A DNA stretch of 64,000 bases. It comes from Macrostomum lignano (lineage: Eukaryota). Under the pieces are notes generated by a model. It was not told the origin of the DNA and searched no databases. It saw only the letters and a list, made by a program, of their open reading frames with translations. Position 1 is the stretch's first letter, and every line of letters begins with the position of its first letter. The position numbers and the translations under genes were made by a program. This document shows, in pieces, positions 1 to 12,139 of this stretch. The stretch spans positions 186,001 to 250,000 of the forward strand of contig NIVC01000461.1 of NCBI GenBank assembly GCA_002269645.1. The letters are read 5' to 3'.

Positions 1-2588
1 TCCTGGATTTCCTGGAATCACAATGGCATACCAGTTGCTATCTAGAGCATCCAACTTATATAAAGAGGCCTCTGACTCAAGATGCCTCATTTTAGGTGAA
101 ACTTCAGGTGGCATTGACAAAAGTTTTGGCTGGATTGAGCATGCAATAATAGGAAAAACCTTTTTTTGAACAAAGACAAATAAAATTTGTTGTTTTTTAA
201 TCATAATATTAATTAAATCATATTTACCCAGTAAATTGTCATTCTAAAGAGCATTCTATAAGAATTTTCTTTTAGAAACTAACAATAGTGATTGAATATA
301 TAAAACTTTCTACCTTTTTATATACATTAATTATAAAAGTTTTTTTCTCATTACCCAATAGGGGCATAGATTTCCAGTATATAAATTTTTACCCATGAAT
401 ATTAATTATACTAGCTGTCCATACTATAAGAGTAAAAATACATTTAATTTAAGCCTATACAAACATAAACATAAAAAATCACTACTTTTAAGTCTAAGGA
501 GCTGATGTCATTCATTATTTTAAGAAGTTTAAAATATAGGAAAATTGTAGACCTTGATGCCTTAAGGTCTAAAGCCTACTAAACAAGGATTTAAACTTCT
601 AGTAATCCCCTAGTATGGTGTTGAAAGTGTTACTAAGATACAAGATGCATCGCTATCAGATTTGATTTTTTGTTGTGTGGATTATGTTTAGCTACCATCT
701 TTCGTGATCCTTGGCATATGTAAAAAAGACATAATATATAAATCTGATTCATATTCGACGGTATTCCATTTTAAAAAAAAAGCAACAATGTCACAAAGGC
801 GCATATGATTTATGAATCTAAGAAGGTATAACTCAACTGTAAGTTAGGTAAAAATAAAGAAGCTAAAATTGCAAGAGTTAAGCTTAGGTTAATTCAACGC
901 TCATAATTTTTTAATGTTTTTACAGAAAATTTCTGGTAAAATCTTACAATCTTCAACATCAATGCTCATTTTTACCTTTACACAAACTTGTGTGACAGCA
1001 GCGTGTTTCGCTTCGTCTTATTCATCACAACATGGCACGACACACAATTTTACGATTCTTGTAAAATTCTGCTTTTAAAGTTTTATTTATAGTACGTAGC
1101 ATAACAAAGTTATTACATTTAAGTCTCAAACTGAGGTTAAAATTTGTACTTAATTGCAAAAAGATTTGCTTTGTGTATATATATTAAGTAAGTTTTATTT
1201 TTTAGCAGAAAGTATTGCTTTAAAAATGTTACCCTTTGACAATTTAGGTTTTAAAATTCTTTCGGATTTTCTAAAATAAAGGTAACATCGATCATAGTTT
1301 TATTTCCTTCTCGTTTTAATGGCTTATTGGCTTTAGCTTTAAATGCTTTATTAGGAAAAGTGCATTGCATAACATTCTCTCATTTTTTATGTTTAACTTA
1401 TGGATAGAGTAGTTTTGTTGTGGAACTTCAAAATTAGCTGGGGTAGTACATTATAAAACTTTTGCTGTTTGTTAGCTCACGCTCATATTGAAAAAAACTT
1501 TTCCTTTGATTTCTGACTTCTTGACAGCTCTTTTAACTAATGGAGAAGGGCCGGACGGATGAAGAATGTTAGCATTAGCTAGAATCGCTTGAGTTCCACA
1601 ATTGAAAAATGGTACTTAAAATATGATTAGGACAGTTTCGCAGACAAATTAATGCACACAGCTTATTTTCCCATTTGTTTACAGTTTGTTCGTACAGCGG
1701 AAAAATTAATGTTTTTTGTACTTATGATTATAGTTTATGGCTGTAAGCAATACAATATTATATGCACGAGTATATTATATGCAGTTTGTTGCTCATCAAT
1801 TTTCAACGAGGCTTATTTTTATAACTGATAGTGATTTTTTAAATATTAAATCTGCCTTTTTAATCCAAAAGTAAGAATACAGTTTATACTTCTTTCTTTT
1901 TCTTTCTTTTATTCGAAATCGCAATTTTCTTTATTCTAAATAGCTAATTGTACTAGAATCCTTTCTTAAAATAACTTTCTATCATTGAGTAGTTTTTTGG
2001 CGATTAGATTAGATTTATATAGTATATACATATTTAAATAGTACTTCCTCGTTTTTAGTCGACTGCTCAAGCAAGTTGTCGATTTCATTCGGTCTCAGAC
2101 TCCATTCCGCTGCTTCGGTTGCCGTTGACATTCCTTTTTTGTGCAATATGCTGTCTGTTGTATACTTACTAAATCAATTAAACTGAGTCACTCCCCCGCT
2201 TGACTATTTAATTTAAGCAGTGTGAAAGTCAAAACTTTAAAACTCCAGAAGAAAGAAAAACTAATTAAAGAGTCTATGAATACCTAAGAATTTTGGTACA
2301 TAGAAGGGCCGGTATATAGCAGATGGTCTCGCACCAGAGTATTTTAATATAAACTATATGAAATTCCCAAAAGAAATAGTAGAATATATCATGACCGTCT
2401 TGGATGCTGACGACTTGCCATATCTTGCTCAGTTCAGATGAAGAAAAAGTAAATAAGACTTCTGATAAATTATCTGAAATACATTTCATTTCATTGCTTT
2501 GACTTTCCACTTACTGCATGCACAGCCAAAATAGCCGCACCCATTACTGACAGTAGTAGCAGAAACAGAAGCTAACCCGACAGCTGTC

Positions 2589-5500
2589 ATGACGTCGCCC
2601 AGGTCTCAGTCTCGCGGCGGCATTCTGCCGCATCTGCGCACAACTTACGACGACTCTTACCAGCCAACGGTGCGCTACGCTGGCGGCGGCGGCGGCGGCG
2701 GCAACCGCCTGGAGGATCTGGAGGCCCGCCTGGTGCAGGCTGAGAGTTCGCTGCGTAGCCTGCTGGAGAAGTCGGTGAAAATGAAGTCGGAAATCATGGA
2801 GAACATGACCTACACGCACGGCACTTGGCAGGAGGAGAAGGACGCTCGAGAGTTGCTGCAGGATCACATAAAAACTGTCACTGCGGTTGTCAAACAGATG
2901 GGCAAGGATATCAAGGTAAAGGTTTGCCTTAGTTGGCATTAACAAGGTTTTGTATGAAAAATCAATAATTTTTTATAACTTAACAATATACTAACTTCAG
3001 TACTAACATGGAAAGCTTTTAAACTTTCTAATGCCTATGCTAAAAACAATCCTTTCAGACCAGAACCGCGATTACAAGGTAATTCTCGAGCTGATACGCT
3101 CGCAGTTCAATAGCACAGCAAAGTTGATGTTGTAGAAAGTCAGGCTTCAGTGGAAAAATTTGTATGGGTTAACGGGCTTTGTGTCCAGTTTATTTTTCTG
3201 TCAGTTTTCTTGTCTTTTGTCGCTTAATCGGTTAATTTAGCTCGTAAGATACTATCGAGCACTGTTTTCTGTTATAGTTCTTTCCAAAAATAGGAACAGG
3301 TGCTATGAGTCACTTTTGTGCAATCTAAAAATAGAAACAGGTGCTATGAGTCGCTTTTTTGCAATCTAAAAATAGAAATGTCGCTTTTGAAATTCACAAT
3401 TGCTCGCTTATAAATGATCTAAAACCAGTTCTCGAGCAAATTTTCAAACTTGAATAGTGATTCCCTCCATATCGCATGTGCATCATTCTTTAATATTTTA
3501 AGGAACTATGAAGCACGACAGCATTGTTGTGAAACGAAATAATTTTGCATGAAACAAAAGGAATATTTTTTCTCTTTTCTCCGCACACTACGAGTATGTG
3601 TTTTTGAATAGAGTATAAAGTCTGATTTCTGTTGTTATCTTGTCTTTCTGATAACAGAACTCGCAGGAACTTAACGTGTTGATAGTATATCTGCTTAATC
3701 TGCTTACTTTTTCATTCTTGGGCGTGGTGCTCTACTTTAAACTTTCAAATTATTACTCTCATTGTTTCAACACAAAAGTTTACTGTTGTCCACTATGGTC
3801 ACGTGGTTCTGGGTCAAAACTATAAGTTTGCGTTTGGCAGTCGTAAAAAGACGCCCGCTCCACCAATGACTCCCTCAATTTAGCACCTGGAAGACGAGAT
3901 CAAGCAACGCGACCAGGGCATCACGGGCCAAAGCACGGCGCTTAAAACCCTGGAGACGCACCACGTGGCCGGCATCACGGATCTGCGCGGCCGAGTCGCC
4001 CGCTGCGACGCCTCAATCGGCAAGCTGGCGGCCGACCTGAAGCAGAACGGCGAGACCGTCAGGATGCTGTCGCAGAGCGAAAACGAGGAGCATCAGCGGC
4101 TGAAGGACCGGCTGGCGCAGATGGAGCGCAGCATGGCTGAGCTGCACAGCTTCATGGAGCGAGTCGGCATGGAGAACACCATGCAGGTCAAAGCCTCCGA
4201 AGAGACCAGCAGCAAGAATATCAGCCAGCTGGACGTGAAGACTCGCCAGGTGATCGCCGAACTGACTCACCAGCTGGAGAACCTCAGCAAGCACGTGAAT
4301 GCCGAAGTTGAGAAGCTGGAGACCCGCGTGTACGCCTACCTGGACAAGCACATCGCTGCCCGAGATGCTCGGATGGTCAGTGCTGGGCATGTCACAAGGA
4401 CCTCTGTAGTATATCAGGACGTGAAACTCAAAGATTGTGTACTTCATTGGAGACCGATTTCCTGGAAATTTAGTATATCAGGACGTGAAACTCAAAGATC
4501 GTGTACTTTATTGGAGGCCGATTTCCTGGAAATGTATTATAGCAGGACGTGAAACTCAAAGATTGTGTACTTTATTGGAGGCCGATTTCCTGGAAATGTA
4601 GTATAGCAGCAAGTTAAAACTCAAAGATCGTGTACTTTATTGGAGGCCGATTTCCTGGAAATGTAGTATAGCAGGACGTTAAAACTCAAGATTATGTACT
4701 TCCTTGGAGGCCGATTTCCTGGAAATGTAGTATAGCAGGACGTTAAAACTCAAAGATTGTGTACTGTATTGGAGGCCGATTTCCTGGAAAAATACACTGC
4801 GAAGATAGGAAAGAATGATTCTTTCATCAGAAAATCTCTGTGTGTATTTGATCTGGGGCAGTGAAGATTACCATTTATTTAATATAGCATGCAAAACATG
4901 TTACTTTGCAGTAGTTTATATACGCGTAGCTGTGTAGTGAAAGTTTCATTTTCATATTGCTTTCTGTTTATTTCATAGTCCCAAGCCAAGGTTTTAATTA
5001 CTCACGAGTGAAAAAAAATTGTTTTTTTTGCTTCTTGAATCAAGTATTTTTGTACTTTATTTTTGTACTTTTGCCTCCTAAAAATTACAAGATCTTTGAG
5101 TTTAGCGTCCTGCTATACTACAGTAGTCCTTGACCTGAGCCCGTGCCATTCACAGATATTAATTTATTGCTGACTCATTCGAGCTGATTTTGTTTGAATT
5201 TGCCGCATTAAATTCAAATTTTGCAGGATAAGATCGAGGCCGATCACCTGGACTTCGAGAAGAGCATGTTTGCCCGACTGGCAGCGCTGGAGGAGGACCA
5301 TCAGAAGCACAAGAGCACCACCGCCAGGGCACATCAGGTGATGCACGGGACTGCTGTCTTCACTGTGCACTGGGTGGACTTCCCCATTCACAAGTCGCGA
5401 TTCCCCCATAAACCTTCAGTCATTCACCATAAGCTAGTTGTGATTCCCTATCAACTCCATGTAATTCTCTCATGACTACTGGTCATCTCCCTTGAGCTAA

Positions 5501-6474
5501 TTTTTATTCTCCTTTAACCCATCATTCCGCAATAAACCAGTCGTGATTCACAAATAAACTAACCGTCATTCAGCTATAAACTACCCGTCATTCTCCAATA
5601 AACTACCCGTCATTCTCTAATAAACTACCCGTCATTCTCCAATAAACTAACGGTCATTCTCCTATAAACTACCCGTTATTCAACAATAAACTACCCGTCA
5701 TTCTCCAATAAACTAACGGTCATTCTCCTATAAACTACCCGTTATTCAACAATAAACTACTCGTCATTCTCCAATAAACTACCCGTCATTCAGATATAAA
5801 CTACCCGTCATTCTCCAATAAACTAACGGTCATTCTCCTATAAACTACCCGTTATTCAACAATAAACTACCCGTCATTCTCCAATAAACTACCCGTCATT
5901 CAGATATAAACTACCCGTCATTCTCTTATAAACTAACTGTCATTCTCCTATAAACTACCCGTTATTCAACAATAAACTACCCATCATTCTCCAATAAACT
6001 AACCATCATTCAGCTATAAACTACCCGTCATTTCCCAATAAACTACCCGTCATTTCCCAATAAACTACCCGTCATTTCCTAATAAACTACTGGTCACTTT
6101 CTAATAAACTACCTGTCATTCTCTAATAAACTTCCCGTGATTCCCCGATAAACTAGCACACTATTCTCCAGATTCAGTTTACAACTGAAGAATTTTATTC
6201 AACAATTGACAAGTTAAAAAGCAGATCCCAGCAGCAATTCCGAACCGCCCACCCGCAGGAGCTGGAGTCCAAAGTGCAGCAGTTCTACGACAGCTTCTAC
6301 CGAGCTCAGAACTCAGAGCTGGTGAAGCTCAAGCGGGAGCTGCGCGAAGGCTTCTCAACAGTGCACGAGACTGTGAGCAGCATGCGCTCAGTGACGGAGG
6401 GCAAGATCAAACTGCTGGAAGAGTCGCTCCGCAAAGACATCGCCCAGATACGCAAGATGGTTGTCCTCATCTGA
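2589..6474 (+). CDS. FAM81A: FAM81-family coiled-coil protein (FAM81A/B-like), 4 coding exons, ~381 aa
   Basis: Exons 2589-2915, 3884-4375, 5227-5337 and 6259-6474 have GT-AG boundaries, are all phase 0, and join into one open frame ending at TGA. The peptide ...HVAGITDLRGRVARCDASIGKLA... matches the FAM81 signature DLRGRVARCDAS as I recall it. The exon 3 donor (GTGATG) is weak. A versus B paralog cannot be resolved. Confidence 0.85.
4405..4790. repeat. ~64-bp tandem repeat, ~6 copies (FAM81 intron 2)
   Basis: The unit is GTAGTATAGCAGGACGTGAAACTCAAAGATTGTGTACTTTATTGGAGGCCGATTTCCTGGAAAT. Confidence 0.92.
5560..6160. repeat. ~22-bp minisatellite (FAM81 intron 3)
   Basis: The unit is AATAAACTACCCGTCATTCTCC with variants. 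Confidence 0.92.
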
Positions 6475-6911
6475 GATGCTGGGATGTTGATTTTACAATA
6501 CAACACAGAGCGCATATTAAATATAGGATTTTTGACACATTGAAATCCTGTTGTGCAAATCACGATTTTCCAGGATATACTCAAATATGACTGCTACTAT
6601 TTTATGGTACTAACAGTAGTATGTAAGCGCTCTTGTTTAAGAAAAGTTATTTTGATATTTGTATCAGCTTTCTCTACATTTGCAGTTTTCTAAATTTATC
6701 GAAATGGCTAACTGCTCACCCAGATTACAAGTTGACTCAAGTTTGAGTCCAATCAGAGATAAAGTCCGTGTTTATTATATGCGTGTTATCTGTGATAAAA
6801 TATCATTTTTTAATAGCTGCGATTTCCAATTCTCTGACGGACTTACGAGCTGCTCAAGTTGAAGGTCGCCTGCACACCCAAATATTGTGAGTTGCATTGC
6901 AGATCTCAGTT

Positions 6912-7266
6912 TCCCTAGCCAATCGCATTGTCGGGATGCGTCACGTGACGAAGTTTCCTTAGCCAATAGCATTGTCAGAATGCGACACGAGACGAAGTTT
7001 TCTTAGCCAATAGCATTGTCAGAATGCGTCACGTGACGAAGTTTCCTTAGCCAATAGCATTGTCAGAATGCGTCACGTGACGAAGTTTCCTTAGCCAATA
7101 GCATTGTCAGAATGCGACACGAGACGAAGTTTCCTTAGCCAATAGCATTGTCAGAATGCGACACGAGACGAAGTTTTCTTAGCCAATAGCATTGTCGGGA
7201 TGCGTCACGTGACGAAGTTTTCTTAGCCAATAGCATTGTCGGAATGCGTCACGTGACGAAGTTTCC
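6912..7266. repeat. 44-bp minisatellite, 8 copies, each with CCAAT; 5 with the CGTCACGTGACG palindrome
   Basis: The unit is TTAGCCAATAGCATTGTCAGAATGCGTCACGTGACGAAGTTTCC. AGCCAAT recurs every 44 bp from 6917 to 7225. Confidence 0.95.
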
Positions 7267-7735
7267 GTCCATTTTTAATTAAGGTACTTTTTGTAAGCGT
7301 TCCAAATGAATTGAAAGATTTTCACACTTCAGAGATGCAACGCCGCCCTTCTTCTTGAGCAGTTTAAAACATTTTTTAACCGTTCAACCAGAATTAAGTG
7401 AATTTTGTTAAAATATTTCGAAGTACTGCTTGCTCCTCCTTAACTTTTGTGTTTATATTTTTTGCTCGAATTTCGAAATGTTTATTTATTAATAGTACAT
7501 TCTTCCCATATTGGTAGTTTTGTTTTTACTTTAATAATTTTTAAATACTTCGTTATTTCGTCAAGCTTAGTTAATTTATTCACAAGAGTAGTCGATGCTA
7601 AAGAGTAGTTAGAAGCGAGTTTTGCTAGTAAAATGGTTTTCCAAAAGTCTATTTACAGGACATATTATTAGGCGCTTTAATGAAGTTCCATGCCAAAAAA
7701 ACCTGCATCTCGACCGCTCCGATGCCCCTGGCAAG

Positions 7736-9016
7736 ATGGCCACCACCCGGCCCAAGCCCATCACTGGCACCTTCTACCCGGACGCGTACACCTTCGGCTG
7801 GGGCGACATCCTCGGGCCCAGCGCCACCCTGGAGGACCTCATGGCTCAGCTGGACGCTGGCGCTGGCGGAGGAGGAGGCGGCCGCGGGCGGGACGCCCGC
7901 CGTGAAGGCAGCCGGACATCTACGGAGTCGCTGACCTCCATTCTGTATCACGACAGCTTCGATGAGGACGACTTGTCTACAGACTCCGAGGAACCGGCGG
8001 CAGTGGCGGCTGCTGCTGCGGCAAGTGACGGTGAAGGCGACAGACCGGCAGCGGCGACGGCGATGGCAAGGATGTCCGGACGGCCGCGGCTGAAGCCGGC
8101 GCTGCCCGACGAGGCTGTCCGGCCGCAGGAGGTGGCGCAGCGGCTCAACGGGGGAAGCACTGACGAAATCGCCACCGCCTCCACCAGACGGAAGGTGGCG
8201 CGCCGGAACTTGTCGCCTCCAGCCTCCGGCCGGTCCGTCACTACGACGGCCTCGGCGGCATCGGCGGCCTCGTCGCGAAAGCAGCCGCCTCGACAGCGGC
8301 GTCGAGTCGCGTCGGCTTCGACGGCGGACTCCGAGGATCGGCGCAGCTCCGCCTCGGGCGCGGCTGCGTCATCGACTGTCTCAGCCGCCGCCTCCGCCTC
8401 GGCTGCGGCTTCCGTCAATGAAGGCGGCACTCGCGAACGCACCTGGGAGGCCTGGTTCCTGGCAAAGGAGCGCCGGCTTCGAGAGCAGCGCCGTCGAGAG
8501 GCGGAGCAGCAGGAGAAGGCCAAGGCGGAGAAGGCGTCCAAGAAGACCGCCGTTGATGCGGCCATCAAGCGCTGGCTGGCCAAGAAGCGGCAGCAGCAGC
8601 AGCAGCAGCACGAGGAGGAACAGCGGAAAAAGGCGGAAGAGGAGGCGAAGGCGGAAGAGAAGGAGAAGGAGAAGGAGGCGATCAAGGCCAAGGCCAAGGT
8701 GGAGTTCGCCAAGTGGCGCAGCGCCTACGAAGAGAAGCGCCGAGCCGAGCTGCAGAAGGCCAAGCAGGAGGCGGAGGCGGCGGAGGCGCACAAGCTGGAG
8801 GTGAAGCGAAAGTCGGAGGCGGCATTCGCCAAGTGGGTGGAGGCGCACAAAAATGTGCGGCCGCACGCGCCCTACAGCTACGGGTACACGGACGGCCGGC
8901 TCATGAGCTACTACGACAAGAACAGCAACCCGCCGCCGAGCTTTGTCGTTGCCGAGCCCTGGCTGCCGCCGACAGAGACTGTCAAGCGAGAGCGATCGCC
9001 CGCTTCTAAGAACTAA
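7736..9016 (+). CDS. CCDC34: CCDC34-like (DUF4207) coiled-coil protein, single coding exon, ~426 aa
   Basis: The first in-frame ATG is at 7736 within ORF 7622-9016. TWEAWFLAKE, a KE-rich coiled coil with periodic W, and the C-terminal RPHAPYSYGYTDGRLMSYYDKNSNPPPSF..PWLP resemble the CCDC34 motif SYGY.NG.L..FY...P.P.F..P.PW.P. Confidence 0.8.
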   Translation: MATTRPKPITGTFYPDAYTFGWGDILGPSATLEDLMAQLDAGAGGGGGGRGRDARREGSRTSTESLTSILYHDSFDEDDLSTDSEEPAAVAAAAAASDGEGDRPAAATAMARMSGRPRLKPALPDEAVRPQEVAQRLNGGSTDEIATASTRRKVARRNLSPPASGRSVTTTASAASAASSRKQPPRQRRRVASASTADSEDRRSSASGAAASSTVSAAASASAAASVNEGGTRERTWEAWFLAKERRLREQRRREAEQQEKAKAEKASKKTAVDAAIKRWLAKKRQQQQQQHEEEQRKKAEEEAKAEEKEKEKEAIKAKAKVEFAKWRSAYEEKRRAELQKAKQEAEAAEAHKLEVKRKSEAAFAKWVEAHKNVRPHAPYSYGYTDGRLMSYYDKNSNPPPSFVVAEPWLPPTETVKRERSPASKN

Positions 9017-9169
9017 TTTTAGTTTCTTACCGAGTAGCCATAAATGTCTTGCACGCGTGCTAGTTCTCTGTCCTGTTTGCGATGTTTACCTAAATTTTCA
9101 TCATAAAAGGGCAGCTCCTGCTGTTTATAGCTGGCGACATTTCCTCATGTCTGAATTGTAGGGGGTATC

Positions 9170-9435
9170 GTCTTTGATGTCTGCACATCATTGGGGGCTG
9201 TGTCTTTGATGTCTGCACATCATTGGGGGCTGTGTCTTTGATGTCTGCACATCATTGGGGGCTGTGTCTTTGATGTCTGCACATCATTGGCGGCTGTGTC
9301 TTTGATGTCTGCACATCATTGGGGGCTGTGTCTTTGATGTCTGCACATCATTGGGGGCTGTGTCTTTGATGTCTGCACATCATTGGCGGCTGTGTCTTTG
9401 ATGTCTGCACATCATTGGCGGCTGTGTCTTTGATG
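9170..9435. repeat. 32-bp minisatellite, ~8 copies
   Basis: The unit is TGTGTCTTTGATGTCTGCACATCATTGGGGGC. Confidence 0.95.
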
Positions 9436-12139
9436 TCTTTGTGATGTCTTTGGTGTTTTAAAAAAAGAAAATTCGTGTAAAAAGTTTACTTCACCTACTA
9501 CTCACATTCGTGGGAGCAGTAGTATCACCTGTATCTAGCGTATATCGAATTATTTTGCTTATAGTACATAGTGACTCAACCTTACGTTTTTGTTTATTAA
9601 AATGGTTGAGAATTAGTATGAAGTAAAAATAAACTAATTTGAAATTAATAGGTACGCAAAATATAATGTATCCCAATGAATGTATTTCATTTTAAATCGT
9701 TAAACTTTGTAAGTATTGACAAAGCGTTGCTAAACTGTCGTCAAGCAATAGTTTACAGCTCGATATTGATTTTTTATGCAGCAAGGTAACCCAAGAGCAT
9801 TAGAAATAGTAGTCAAAGTGTAATCGCAGTGTGTTACAGTGGAATTAGGGAGTGTTACAGTGGAATTAGGGAGTGTTACAGTGGAATTAGTGTGTTACCC
9901 CCTTTTGATTTTTTTTAATTTTGGTGAATTTTGGCCTTTATAATGTGTTTTGGCTCAACATTAAGCATCGGGTAAACGAGAAGGCCTTGATGCGCTCATA
10001 TTAAATAGGATTGCTATTTGCCTTTTAGAATCTGCATTTTCCATTATCAGCCTCACAAATTCTTTTTGAGACAGAGCTTCTTTTGGCTGTCTGCTTGTGG
10101 CTTCTTCTGTTGAAATAATTAATTAGGATGTTAAAGAGAATTCGCTACTGACTTATCTTCAAACATCCAAGTAAACCCTTAATTGGAATTTCTAACCTTT
10201 GAAATTATTAAAACTGGTAGGCAGTGAATTTTGATTAATGCCCGGGTTCCGCCTATTCCCATCCCCCTGTCAGTCTTAATGGGAAAGTCTGGTTACTCTT
10301 ATCATTGCCGTATCGGCGGCCGACTATATTGCTGTGGCTATTCATTAATGCTGCAGCTGCTGCAGCTACTCGGAACGGGCCGGGGGCTCAAGAGATTTTC
10401 GGCTGGGGTAGGGGGAGCTGGCGGCTGAAAGCTCCCCCGCTCCCGAGCTGCCTGATCCGTAGCTGGCTTATCGATTCGAGCGTGTCACTGATTGATTGAG
10501 TGAGAGAGATGTGGATGGGGGGAAGCTGAGCGCTGCAGTGCTGGGCCAGCAGCTCGTCCCAGATCGAACTGGGGGAATTGTGTGGGAATTGCTACGGCGA
10601 TAGCAGTTGCCAAGCCTGCTGCACCTGGGCTGGGAATCTCGAGGCGGGCACCACAGTCGCAGAGGACCAGATTTCCCTGGTCAATATTCGCAGTCATGTA
10701 CGCGGTGCTTATCCAAGGTAATGTGAATGGACCGCTGTCATGGACCGCTACATGTACAGCAGAAGCACGCAGCTCTCGCAAATTTGGCTGGAGGCGGCTG
10801 CAGCTCAGATTTCAGGATTATGCCATCGAAAATTCCTTTGATTTTAGAATACCAATCGAATTCACTCCACTGTAAACGAATTCAAAAGCAGCTGATCGAC
10901 AGTTCAATGACAAGGTCGCCTATACTCAAGCTGATGGGGGAGGAAACTGCTATAGAAGTATGCTTGCAAAGGTTTTTATTGGTCCATGGAGACTGGCGAT
11001 ACTGAAGGCCGTTAACAGCCAAGTGAGTGTTAATTAGTTCGCCACAGGCTCTCAAAAAAGCCTTAGCCATGCAATTGGCACGGATTCAATTTGATTTGAC
11101 TGAGCCGACAGCCAGACAGACGAACCGTGGGAGTTCGAGCGGTTAATTAGCAGGCAGAGTGAGTGAGGCTGGGGCCCGTTAGCCTGGACTATATTCCCAA
11201 CAGCAGTGCGGTGCGGGCCTGAGAATGAAGCTCTATAAAGTACACCTGTTACCTGCCTGTCGTGTATGTCCATGTCAGTCTTAATTGACTCGACAAGCCG
11301 TTTATAATTGGCTAAGATTAAGTGCAGTTATGCGCATGTAAATAAACAAAGATATTTTATTGCCCAAGGGATCAGCGGAACGGGCCTGACTATCCGGTTC
11401 TATCAGAAGCGGCGGCCAAGATGGCCGGGGCCGGCATTAATTTCTTGGACGGCCAAAGGAGTTGGATGGGTGCAGCAGGCACTGATCAAAGTTGCTCAGG
11501 CTCCCCCAGTCTAGCACGCTCCTTTGAAATTTCTCGCCGCAAGCGGACCTGAGCGTGAGCAGTCACATTAGGGATAAAAGCGGATGAGCAGGATGGGAAG
11601 CGGCTGCGGTTGGGAGGCCTGATGGAACTGGAGACGCGGTAGGACATGGAATCCGGATGACTGGCTTTTGCCCCACCGAACCTCTGAAATTGGATTAAAG
11701 GCAGATGCGAAAAGGGTAGGCCGGGAGACACTGAGGCGAGGGTGCTGGTCCCTCAGCTTTCATAATTCTGCTCCCGACCTCGGTGAATATTCCATTTCGC
11801 CCCGGTCCTCTCTCGGCTCTTTGTCAGAGCTGTCTCAATCTTTCAGCTTCCCTGAGCAGTCTTGGCTTAGCCCGAGTCTGCCTTGATGGGTTCGCATGAT
11901 CCATGTCTGCCTCCCTTCCTCTCTCACTACAGCGATGCAGTCACGAACTTCGCCTCTGTAAGTTCTGTGACCTCTTTTTAAAAATAGTATTGCTGCTGTC
12001 TCGCGAACAGCATTGGCGTAATATCGGAATGCTGATAATAAAATTCAGTTAATATCAGGTGGCCTAATATATACTTGTTTTTTTGCAATTTACTGAAGAA
12101 TTATCATTTAATCCAGTTGTTGAATCTTCGTGTACAATT

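Noticed and set aside
7649-8866. Multiple overlapping ORFs in GC-rich exons (also 14284-15861, 55082-55841, 57689-59525)
   Set aside because: They are shadow frames of real GC-rich coding exons with no independent homology.
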